DNA of 63,767 bases, counting the filler, from Choristocarpus tenellus KU-1152 (lineage: Eukaryota > Protista > Phaeophyceae), in the NCBI GenBank assembly GCA_964200185.2. It is 15 parts of 15 records of this genome, joined end to end, with 100 filler letters (N's around TTAATTAATTAA, not from the genome) between each part and the next. Parts side by side here need not be neighbours in the genome. Positions count along the whole stretch, not along the records: positions 1 to 4,585 come from CAXNAD020013903.1; positions 4,686 to 10,302 come from CAXNAD020010234.1; 13 more parts are not named here. One strand, given 5' to 3'. Shown one piece after another: positions 1 to 10,402 of this stretch. Both the position numbers and the translations under genes were made by a program. The first letter of the stretch is position 1. The number at the start of each line of letters is the position of its first letter. The notes under the pieces are model-generated. The model saw only the letters and a list, made by a program, of their open reading frames with translations, made no database searches and was not told the origin of the DNA.

Positions 1-524
1 CATTGGTTTTCTCCTGACACATCTGCAAAATGTCAGAGGGCATAATAAAATAATATATACATAAATTACTTGACAAATATCCAAACTGTCGTTACCATTA
101 TTATCAAAATGATATGGAAATAATATAGAAACTACGAAGCATGAATTGTAAGCAGCAAAGTTACCTTCCAATATATATTTGAAATTTTGAAGAACTGGTG
201 ACGTTCGAATCAGAGGCTATCTCTGTAATCAAGTTATTTACTTTTGGATACTATCTCAAGTGACTCAGTGTAAAAACCGAGTTGAAGCATGAGATCAAAC
301 GATGCATCAGAACCAAGGCTGAGAAGTCGCCACGCGCCACCACCAACAACGTTGGTTGAAAGATACTTTCAAAATTAGTCAGACCGTGTACACGGTGGTG
401 ACACATGGTCACTAGATTCACGCTCACACCAACACCCCCGCCCATCTCAAACACCCACACCAACATCACCACCACAACCCAACCCTTCATAACTAAACAC
501 TTCGATCCCATTCTATAGTACAAG

Positions 525-1058
525 ATGTGCCGTGGTACTGGTCAAGGACGAGACTCAAGTCCGCTTCAGTGCAAGGCCCTGAAGATGAGCAACACTAAGA
601 CTGCCTTGGCCCCACGAAGTTCCAAGCCTTGCCTCTTGTCACTTGTCCAGACTGCCGCCGTCCTCGAACCTTTCTTTGTGGCGCTTCCTTCCAATCAAAG
701 TGTAGAGAGCTGTGCCAAGTCAAGCAGGGGAGCGAGGAACTTGGTCCCAAGCAGGAAGCGTCTACATGGGTGGGATAGCGCACTAGCTAATGATGCGGTG
801 GCACGGGTTCCTAAGGTCGCAAGGAAGAGCGTACGTGCGCTTCGATCAGCTGCCGTTGTGTCAACTATTATGTCTGCCACAGTTGGCTTATCGAACCCAT
901 CAACAGCTGAGGTTGACGCTGGTTTAGCTGCCCTTGGCACTTTTCTAGCAACAGATAACTTATCCTGGGTCGACATGGTGAAAGAAATGGAGGCTGAAAA
1001 AGAACAACTAGAGGAAGCGCCACGGGACTCGACTACCAGGTGTCCATGGTCAAGATAG
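525..1058 (+). other. Hypothetical 177-aa ORF, possibly transposon-derived
   Basis: Open frame only; no recognisable domain. Confidence 0.2.
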
Positions 1059-2378
1059 ATGTTGTGGCAACGAGAGGGACAATGCTCCGGCGTGTATATC
1101 TACCTGTGTCACCTCACCGTCGACTTCCTCATCATGATTCTTTTGGGGGTGTATTTTGAGCTGTATTCTGAAGTAAGTTCCTGTACCACAAAGCCTTGCT
1201 TGAGAACTATCTTGGCGTTGATGTCTCCCTTTCTCGAGTTTTAACAGCTGTTGGAGGGGTGTTTTCTCAGGTGTGTTGTCCTTACGCGTGCTGCTTGAAT
1301 CTTGTAGATGTCTTTTGTATGTCTTTTGTGTTGTATACTGATGCAAGATCATGTGTGACTATGCCTTGTTAGAGTAGTAGTCTGTCAAGGTATCAGTCCC
1401 TTTTCTTGCCTTTGGTCGTGATATTTATTTGGGGGGGCGGGGGCGTCAAACGTTTGGGCAGGTCTGAAGAACAGGCCACCCCCTCCAACGTTGTTGTATC
1501 ATTTTATTGGCATTTTGTGTGCCTTTGTGTTGAAGTGAAGCTGTGCTCCACACGGTGTTCAGCATGCAGTCGTAGGAAGTATGGGAACACTATTCGAGCA
1601 TCTTCAGGGTGGTATGGTACCAATTTTGCGCGATCACGTCCCTGTACTTGGGCGGGACATGTGCTGGTCTTGGTAAGCGAAGACAAAACTAGGCAAATAT
1701 CGCATGTATATCAAATAATATCAATTTCCCTCTAATACTTGTAACAATGTTACCTTCTTGGAAGCTTTTCCACTCCAATACTCTTTTCACCCAATGTTGT
1801 GATGAACCAACGGTCATTCTTGAGTGGCACCATTGATCTCACTTATGGAATTGACACTCCCGATACAGTGAGATCCCTCTTTCACAGCAACATGTACATA
1901 TATGTTTAGCATCCATTTCAAAGCTCAAGTACCTTTTCTGATGTAACGCAGTAGAGTGAGCAAAAAAAGTACTTACCAATGCATGGGTGTGCCCTGCAAC
2001 CATTATTCATTGTAGTGTCAAGAAAGTACTTACAAATGTGATCTACTAAAATATAACCCTAAACTGTAACAAAAATAAAAGCACACATCTATACCCCAAA
2101 AAGGAAATGCAACACAAATGCCGCAAGAGGCGAGTGGTTATCCTCTGACCTATCAGTCACCTGTTCCTGCACAAAGTCCATGGTAAAAAGGAGAGGAAAA
2201 GAATGCCTGAGTGAACTAAAATAATATTACCCAATGTTGAAGACATGTTAGGTACAGATAGGTTATGTGTCAAATGTGGAGGCAAGTAATGCAACAGTCC
2301 AAGGGGCCCTCCTCCTTGAACATGGGTTTGCAAGATGTTCCCTCTGCTCCCTGCCGCTAATGTCACATCTTGTCTCTA

Positions 2379-4376
2379 TCAGTAGTCTCCATCCATCTCT
2401 TCTGCATCCCGAACAGACCCTTTTCCTGTCACCATCTTCATCATGAGAGAGTTCACTCCACAGCCATGTGTTGCCTTTTCAGATGGAGGCTCTCCCTCAA
2501 AGTTCAACACTCCCCATTGTCTGCGTGAGATGAGCCAAGCAAGCAACAATGTTAGGCCAATCGTGTGTTAAATGGTTGGGGGGGTAGAATATGAGATCAA
2601 ATGAAGTGAGAGGCTACTGATTTACACATGTAAATAAAGTTCACATGAAAATATCTCTCTCCCTCTGTGCTCACAAACATGAAAAGAAGGATTTTGGAGG
2701 CGTTAAGTCCTCGCAGCTAAAATGCCAACACCACTTGAACACAAGTCTTTCAAACTCTCCTGGAGAACCTTGCGAAAAAAAAAACATACGTAAGTAGAGG
2801 AGGATGGGCAACCTTACAAGTTTGCTCACAGAAAAAGGTGAAAAAAATCAAAAAATCAATACGCTTCACAATAAAAAAAATGGGTGTGTGCCAGGACTAT
2901 GTACAAGCTTTTGACTGTTTTCCATCTTGTGCATGAAGCCAGAGCTCTAACCCACACTATGACGGTACCACTCAGTGAAGAAAAAATAAACCCTAAAATC
3001 GTATTTCTGCCTGGTCCACCCCCCCTTGCCCCTCCAGAAAAAAGAAACACCCTCTCGCATCACATAGTCTCTACCCACCCCATGACGAAAGCCAGCGCAT
3101 CTTCATGAAAGTCATCACTTCCTCCCATCTCATCAAAGCCTCGGATCTTCCAGTCCATCCAAGTACAAGGAGTTGCAGAAAGGGGGGGAGGCATGCATCA
3201 GCTGGGAAACCCGTTCTGTACTAACGAACAGCCTCACGTATATACAGCGCGCGTGTCCACTAAATGTCACAATCCAAAAGGTGTTCACACAATAAGGAAA
3301 CTTTTTTTGTTCTGTGGTGTGTTTAAAAAAAATACAATAACGGAACTTCATTTCTACAGGGAATCGATCAATCAACGCTGGCCTACTGGGGCGAGGACAC
3401 AGCAGCACAATGGTGTACACTATTGAAGGAAGAGGGACCTCCGGGTGGAGAACACACGGCAGGAGGCTGGGACTTCGAAAGAGAGCTCGCAGGAAAACTT
3501 GAGGTGGTCTTGAGTATATATATATATATATATATTTCTCTTTAACAACATCCCAGCAACTCGAGTTAAGGTCGCCGCGACAGTAGCCCCTCACCGCTGC
3601 CTTCGAAAGCAGCTCCGCACATTTGCTGATCTTACAAAAATTACAAAAAAAAATGTATCAGATTTTTTTTTTTTCTCTTCTCTTGATAGCATTGGAGGTA
3701 TATTCTGACCAATGACCGATGCACGCACGCACAGTGTGCAACTCAAAGGGCTCTCTGGCCGGGGAATTTTCCAAATCGAGGCCTTTTTTTTATTGGTTCA
3801 ACCCTTCTTATTCGGGGTTCCTACGCCTTGCCCAACCAATGAGAGTAGTCACATAACTGTGATATTTGAACCAACCAATCGGAACGCACTCCTCGTGCCG
3901 ACGAAATCGGTTTGAAAGAACAAAAAAAAAGGTTGATAGGAGTGTGCTATGACGGTATATTGTCTGAATCAATGTCACATTCCTCCCTGGAGGTAGAAAA
4001 AAAGAGGCTGACAGAAGGTAGGAAGGTAGGATAACAATAAATATGTATATATATATATACATCTGTTCATTTATGCAATTTTTTCCTATTTTTCTTGATC
4101 AAGTTGTAAGTACTGAGACAAGACTTTGATCCAAATTCAGGACCCCGGAACCCCAGGCGGTATTTACCTGTGAGAGACAAAAGTGGGAGCTCAACAAAGT
4201 CGTTTATAAAATACATATATATTGAAGTAGCTTGAATGAAATGAGTCTATGATGGTTACACTTACACATACCTGGTGCACAGTCTTCCCCTTTTCAACAA
4301 GAAGCACGGTGGGCATGACAAAAACATTAAGCTTCTCGGTCAAGTAGGGACACTTCTCAGCATCAATTCGGCAGAA
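2379..4376 (-). CDS. TXNDC9: Thioredoxin domain-containing protein 9 / phosducin-like protein 3 (PLP3) family, 3' part; exons 4376-4272, 3146-3079, 2520-2379
   Basis: GT-AG, phase-compatible exons join to FCRIDAEKCPYLTEKLNVFVMPTVLLVEKGKTVHQ-IRGFDEMGGSDDFHEDALAFVMG-QWGVLNFEGEPP...SVRDAEEMDGDY*. This matches the TXNDC9 pattern (KF.K..AEK.PFL...L....PT....K.GK....GF..LG..DDF). 5' exons are lost at the contig end. Confidence 0.9.
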
Positions 4377-4584
4377 CTGTAAAAAGGTGGTGGATTGATC
4401 GATGCAAGCATAGAGGGCACGTGTTTTGCAACAGAAGGGGGAGTACAGAGGTAGAGGGAGTACACACGTGAGAAAAGGGGGGGGAGGGGGGGGGGGGGGG
4501 GGGGGGGGGGGCGGCAGAAGGGGGAGGGGGGGGGGGGGGTGGGTGTGTGGGAGCGAAAAATTATAATGAGTTATTAGGTTGAGT

Positions 4585-4685
4585 TNNNNNNNNNNNNNNN
4601 NNNNNNNNNNNNNNNNNNNNNNNNNNNNNTTAATTAATTAANNNNNNNNNNNNNNNNNNNNNNNNNNNNNNNNNNNNNNNNNNNN
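4585..4685. other. Artificial contig linker N-TTAATTAATTAA-N (first of 14; others near 10303, 15349, 19521, 24452, 27320, 33192, 36489, 39543, 43634, 47861, 54835, 57524, 60969)
   Basis: Identical N-flanked 12-mer giving stop codons in all six frames at each junction. Confidence 0.98.
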
Positions 4686-4754
4686 CCCCCCCTCCCCTAC
4701 TGAACTTGCACTCATTGAATCACTCGTTGAAGCAGGTCCAGTCCCACCAGCACC

Positions 4755-5100
4755 CTCGATCATGTGTTTAATCGTGTGCTCGATCATGTACTCAGTGAGT
4801 GAAATTATCTTAGAGGGTACAAGTTTTGCTCTGTTTGTCCATTTAGGGCTTGGCTTCTCACGGGTTTTTAATGATATTTTACCTCCTCCGAAATGTTTTG
4901 GAGGAGGTAAAATGTGTACGTTATGAAAAGGTGTGTCCAGAACAAGGATATTGACACTTCCTGACAAACACGATAGCCAAAACTACATCAAAATCGCAAC
5001 ATTGGACTTTGGGCCCCAAACAGACACAGTTCTATCCTCTAAGATACTTTGACCCAGTCATGCACTCAATCATGTATTCAGTCATGTATTCGATCATGTA
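4755..5100. repeat. Degenerate 12-bp tandem repeat (TCGATCATGTAY-like) split by MITE copy A1
   Basis: tcgatcatgtgt/ttaatcgtgtgc/tcgatcatgtac/tcagt | MITE | agtcatgcac/tcaatcatgtat/tcagtcatgtat/tcgatcatgta. Confidence 0.75.
4797..5055 (+). mobile_element. MITE family A copy A1 (259 bp), TSD AGT
   Basis: TIRs GAGTGAAATTATCTTAGAGGGTA / TATCCTCTAAGATACTTTGACCC; AGT on both sides; body homologous to the other A copies. Confidence 0.9.
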
Positions 5101-5125
5101 CCTTGCTCTTACTGATGCCGTCTTT

Positions 5126-5384
5126 GAGTGAAAGTATCTTAGAGGGTGCGAGTTTTGCCCTGTTTGTCCATTTGGGGCTTGGCTTCCCATGTTTTTTTTA
5201 ATGATATTTTCCTACTCCAAAATATTTCGGAGTAGGTAAAATATATGGATTATGGAATGGTGTGTCCAGAATATGGATATTGACACTTCCTAGCAAACAC
5301 GATAGTCAAAATTACATCAAAATTGCAACATTGGATTTTGGCCCCCAAATGGACACGGCTCTACCCTCTAAGATACTTTGGCTC
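5126..5384 (+). mobile_element. MITE family A copy A2 (259 bp)
   Basis: GAGTGAAAGTATCTTAGAGGGT ... TACCCTCTAAGATACTTTGGCTC; flanks CTTT/CTTT. Confidence 0.92.
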
Positions 5385-6631
5385 CTTTCATTTGTCAGAA
5401 TCGACCTTTCATACATACTTGTTACTAATCGACCTTAGGTGGATAGAAGTATGTATGAGTGGTGTTTGGAGAAAACGGGTTGTCAATTTGCAGTTGCCAC
5501 ACAGCCCAAAGCTTCTCAGGATCTTTAAGGCAACAGGGCTCCGCCTGTTTTGTCTCCTCCCTAGAGAGCACTTGCACTTCATTTAGGATGGAACAGCAAT
5601 GGCTCCAGGAAAAGAACACAATCTTTGAGTTTTTTGGGTCCTCTGAGACCCTCTTGTAAGAGGCCACTAGGCTGGCAATGCAGAAGTTGCGTTGTATCAC
5701 AGCAGGCGGAAGATGCATGACACCTAAAGCTTAATGTCGCAGAATCACATAATACTACATAATGTAATACTTAATGTCTCCCTGACCATCCAATACGTAA
5801 TGCTACACTAATCATGTCTCCCACCATTAAGGTATGGATGTAACATATGTTCTGTGTGCAAAGACTGTCTTTTAACATGGGGCGTGTTTTGCTTTAAAAT
5901 GCAACACTGTTTTAAGATCGTAAGGCCATCCATCCCTTATAGTGCCCAAAAATCTGATTCCCGAAAATCGCAAATGTGGGGGCATATGGCGTGGTTTGAT
6001 TATCGATTTGACATCACAGATTAAGTGCCTTCACATGGGGTATAATGATCGCCGTATCCAACTTTTTGTTCAAAAGTTGGGCTTTTAACTTCTCTGGGAT
6101 ATTCACCATAGAGCTATATACCCAAGATATACAGCGAGAGTTTTGTCAAAATGGGGACTCATTTTCATCACAAGTTTGGCAAATACAACCCTATAGTGTA
6201 TATCCACGAATGTATGAAAATTCAGACATCAAACGACAAGTCGGATATGGGAAACATCACTTCCATGTGAAATTACTTGCTCCAAGGTGTCAAGTAAAAC
6301 GCCAGAGCATGAATCAGCCACATATAACCTTAACATAATCACTCCAAATGCCAGTACATGCGACTCTCCTTCACCAATCGTTTGTGCACTGCAAGAGATG
6401 GCCTAACAGTGGAGATGAAAGCATGCACAACAATTGTTGTGCATGGTACTGCCCCAGTTCAAAATCATGTAACGCATGTTCGTTAGGTCTTGCAACATCC
6501 AAGTACAAAAAAAAAAGAGCATAACGTATCTGATGTTCAAAACTTGTTTTGAGGTGTCAATCAACACTGTCATGACTTTCACAATGTGTAATTTGGTGCG
6601 AGGTGTGCAGCGTTAGAATGATCACCTTTCT

Positions 6632-6890
6632 GAGTGAAAATTTCTTAGACGGTGCGAGTTTTGCCCTGTTTGTCCATTTGGGACTTGGCTTCCCATGGGT
6701 TTTTTTAGGACATTTTCCTACTCCAAAATGTTTAGGAGTAGGTAGAGTGTATTTGTTATGAAAAGGTGTGTCCACAACAAGGATATTGACACTTCCTAAC
6801 CAACGCGATAGCCAAAATTACATCAAAGTCGCAACATTGGATTTTGGCCCCCAAATGGACGGGGCCCTAACCCCTAAGATTATTTGACTC
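6632..6890 (+). mobile_element. MITE family A copy A3 (259 bp)
   Basis: Full-length homology to A1/A2 with slightly diverged TIRs. Confidence 0.9.
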
Positions 6891-6974
6891 TTCCCGTAGT
6901 GAAAAGAAAATACAAATCAAAGTGCACCACCTGTATTTGTACCCCCAAAACTCAATTCTAAATCTCTTTCGTGT

Positions 6975-8951
6975 ATGTGCTTCCCCCCTCTTCCCTCCCC
7001 TCCCCACTGCACATCCATCTTTGAACCTCTCAGGTGTCACGAAGGAGACAAGATCCTGACAGAAACCCCCTCACACCTCTCGCCACTGGATGCATTTTCC
7101 AGAACTATTGGGGACCGACTTACCAAACACTTGCCTCATACGTTTACCGTGGGAGCAGTCACTACCAAGCAACGCCTCTTGTCCCCATTGCTTACATTGC
7201 CTTGGTCTTCGTGGTCTTGCCGGAGGGCACGGGGTAAAGTAGGAGATAGAATATCCTCTACCAAGACCCTGTTGACACAGAGTGTGGCCTTACTTAAATC
7301 TCCAAACCACGCCTTTCTGCATCTTAGGAAGGCAAGAGTGGGTGAGCCAAGTATTGATGCGAGGATAGGGACAGGGACAGAAAGTTCAGGCCAAGTAGAG
7401 GTTGGAGGCGGTAGCGACCTGACTCGGAAAAGAAGGACAAACCTTTTAGGAAAGGCTGCTGGAAGAGGGACTGCAGTGGATAAAGGCAACAGAAGGGTTG
7501 ATGTAGATCCACAAATCGTTTCTGGTTCAGCAGGTGATGAGAAGTTTGAACAAGTTAGTCTGCAACCGGAGGAGGAGAGTCCTTTGAGCTCTGGTGGTGG
7601 GGTTTGCGCTCCAAGAGGTGGTCATTCGAGTGATAGAGGAAATGTCAAGATGTTGGAACGGAGTGCAGAGCAGGATCAAGGGATAGACTCGGGGTTGTTG
7701 CTTGGGAAGGGGAGTCAGGTATCACGCATCCCCGTATTGGTACTGGAAAATACAACCTCCCAGGTACCAAGTACAGAAACAGCGATAGGTGAGGGCAGGC
7801 GGAGGGAACACGACAGTCCAGGAGAGCTTGCACCCCAGAGCTTGACCCAAGAGCAAGAACCAACTCCAGAGATTGCACCATTTATGGGGGTTGCAGGGGA
7901 TAAACAAGTGGAAACACATAACTCAGTACCGGCAGGGTCAGGCACAGTGGCAACCACCGCGATCAGCTGCAGACGCCACAAGAAAAGTCGTAAGCGTTGC
8001 CGTGTGGAAAAGAAGCGAATTACACCCTGCGCACTGTGCCTGCTGCCATGTTCTCCTTCCTTGCCTGATTCCGGTTCCGCACCCCTCCCACTCACCATGC
8101 CCGCGTCTACACCCTGTGCTACTTCTCCCAGTTCTCAACACAGAACGATGCTGGTGTCTTCCCTCCGACCCGCCAACGCTTCGGACCTGCACAGAGATCG
8201 GGATCGAGACAGAGATAAAGATAAAGATAAAGATAAAGACAAGCGCCAGGAGGGGCAGGTGGACACATGCTTATGCCAGGGTTGTGCTCGCCAGGCTTCT
8301 GCGGCACTAAAGTCCCGTTTCGGGTCCCGCGCCGCGAAGAAGATTCTCGCCCCCTATGGTAAACTGCTTGGGGTGCTGGGGGCGGAGAGTGCTGCCCTGG
8401 AGCAAAAGGACGGATTTGAGTTGGATACAGGACTGCCGTTGCCGTCCTGGCGCCAGTGGGTGCGGATGAGGGACGATGATTCTGGGGCTGACTTCTACTA
8501 CAACACCCACTACGATTCAGCCGTGTGGGCGGGAGAGCTTGACTTTACGGACATACCTGCAGCAGCGGCAGCATTGTCACTTCAAGGTGAGAGGAGAAAG
8601 GCAAGGCTAAGGGGGAGACCAATGACTCAGAACAGTGAACGCAAGGCCCGCGGGAGCAGGGTCGAGGACACGGGCAGGGGCAGAGGTGGGGTTTGTGGGT
8701 CTGGCCAAGGAGGAAGCCAGGGGGGAAGTCGGGGGGAAAGTCGGGGAGGAAGTCGGGAAGGAAGTCGGGGAGAAAGCTGGGGAGGAAGCAGGGGAGGAAG
8801 CCGGGGAAAAAGCAGTGGCAGCCCTCGTGCACCCTTATCCAGAGGAGTTGATAGATACACTGCTGGAGGTTTTTTTGCTGAGTTGGATGTGGTGGAGGAC
8901 GCACATAAACACCTCCATCCGTCTTTTCGCCTCCTTCCAAAGGAAGATTAG
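6975..8951 (+). CDS. Large low-complexity protein (probably a long terminal exon) with a WW-domain-like motif
   Basis: 658-aa open frame; LPLPSWRQWVRMRDDDSGADFYYNTHYDSAVW fits W-x(n)-G-x-x-[FY]YYN-x(6)-W; also (DR/DK)n and GSRG repeats. True start uncertain. Confidence 0.65.
   Translation: MCFPPLPSPPHCTSIFEPLRCHEGDKILTETPSHLSPLDAFSRTIGDRLTKHLPHTFTVGAVTTKQRLLSPLLTLPWSSWSCRRARGKVGDRISSTKTLLTQSVALLKSPNHAFLHLRKARVGEPSIDARIGTGTESSGQVEVGGGSDLTRKRRTNLLGKAAGRGTAVDKGNRRVDVDPQIVSGSAGDEKFEQVSLQPEEESPLSSGGGVCAPRGGHSSDRGNVKMLERSAEQDQGIDSGLLLGKGSQVSRIPVLVLENTTSQVPSTETAIGEGRRREHDSPGELAPQSLTQEQEPTPEIAPFMGVAGDKQVETHNSVPAGSGTVATTAISCRRHKKSRKRCRVEKKRITPCALCLLPCSPSLPDSGSAPLPLTMPASTPCATSPSSQHRTMLVSSLRPANASDLHRDRDRDRDKDKDKDKDKRQEGQVDTCLCQGCARQASAALKSRFGSRAAKKILAPYGKLLGVLGAESAALEQKDGFELDTGLPLPSWRQWVRMRDDDSGADFYYNTHYDSAVWAGELDFTDIPAAAAALSLQGERRKARLRGRPMTQNSERKARGSRVEDTGRGRGGVCGSGQGGSQGGSRGESRGGSREGSRGESWGGSRGGSRGKSSGSPRAPLSRGVDRYTAGGFFAELDVVEDAHKHLHPSFRLLPKED
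8710..8812 (+). repeat. Coding 12-bp minisatellite (GSRG/ESRG units)
   Basis: About 8 units of GGAAGYCGGGGR within the ORF. Confidence 0.8.
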
Positions 8952-10402
8952 GGCGTAACAGTCGAGGCATCAGGGGGGGGGGATGACAGTGAAAAATTAT
9001 GTGTGATTTAAAAAATGTGGAATGAATATGAATGAGGGTGGTTCCCACTGATCCAGGGTGAGGGGCTGTGAAAACCTCTTGGGTAGATCTTGGGGAAAGG
9101 GGAGTGGGGTCTGGGTTGATACTCCAGAACACGAAGAGAGAGTGGGCCCTAGGTGCCGTTCAACTCTCTATTTTTTGAACGGGGGATGGAAGTAAAGACA
9201 TGTCCCTGTACAGTATACACATGGGTACTGTCATGTAATAGGCGGATCTGCTACCATACTGCATCTGCACAATTTCCCCAAGATCACAGACAGTACTTTG
9301 CTTGGTTGTGCAGCAACATAATGAGAGAGTTGACACTTGTAGGGTAGGCGCAGTAACATAGCCAAGATAAGGGCACAGAGCTGCCAAACTGTCAAGATTA
9401 ATGCTTAGATCTTGAAGGCAGCCATGTGCATAGCCATGTAAATGGTATTGGTAGTGGAATGGAGGATTCTGTCGATCAAAGGCTCCATCTTCTCAGGGCA
9501 AGAGGAGATGGAATGGTGAGGTCTTGGCCAACAAAATGGGGGGATAAGCTGATTTGCATAGAGTAGATGTGTCTACCGACTCCCTTGAAGCTTTCATTGA
9601 TTTTTTTGCTAATACGCTTCAGGGTTATCATCTTGAAGCAAAAACTCAAAGGTTACTTGTTATCCAGCATACATCCTCTCACACCTTCAACACAAATCAA
9701 AATCTTGCCGAGCGTAACTGTACTATGATGTCTTGCTGACGGCTGGGGTGACTGAACAAAGCTGTCCTGGGATAGCCAGAATGGGGACGGTGTTGTGGAT
9801 GTCAAGGCTAGCTTGGTGGAATATTTCTGTGTGGGGAAACCATGCATGAAAGGACTCTGGATTACTGCTGCCAGAGGAGTATTCTTCTCAGATACCATCA
9901 CTCAAAATAGTTAACATTCACACACAGTGCGTGTGAGGTGTGAGGGTATCCAAGGAAAGCATCATGTAGGCACATGTATTTTTAAAACTGCCTTGTTCCT
10001 TATATTGTTCTATCAGGATGCCCATCTCAGGAACCATCCTCCCCCACCCACCATAACCGTGCTTCCGTGCATGATACTACTTTACCATGAAGGAAGGGGG
10101 AAGGGAATATTGAGGGGCTGTGCCCAGGGGAAAAAATATTCTGTCAGGCAGCGCCACCAACGGGAAGACAGCATAGTACGACACAAACAACTTTGACGCA
10201 GGGTACAATACATACACAAGTACAAAAATGTATATACATATAATTCTCTAAAAAAACCACACCCAACAAAACAAACAAAAAAAAAAACACAACAACAAAA
10301 AANNNNNNNNNNNNNNNNNNNNNNNNNNNNNNNNNNNNNNNNNNNNTTAATTAATTAANNNNNNNNNNNNNNNNNNNNNNNNNNNNNNNNNNNNNNNNNN
10401 NN

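Noticed and set aside
4585-4685. Recurrent TTAATTAATTAA motif and ORFs ending in X...LIN
   Set aside because: Artificial six-frame-stop linker between concatenated contigs.
4638-6775. Similar small ORFs (DTPFHN...KWTNRAKL; QHWILAPKWTRLYP) that look like a gene family
   Set aside because: They are incidental translations of non-coding MITE family A copies.
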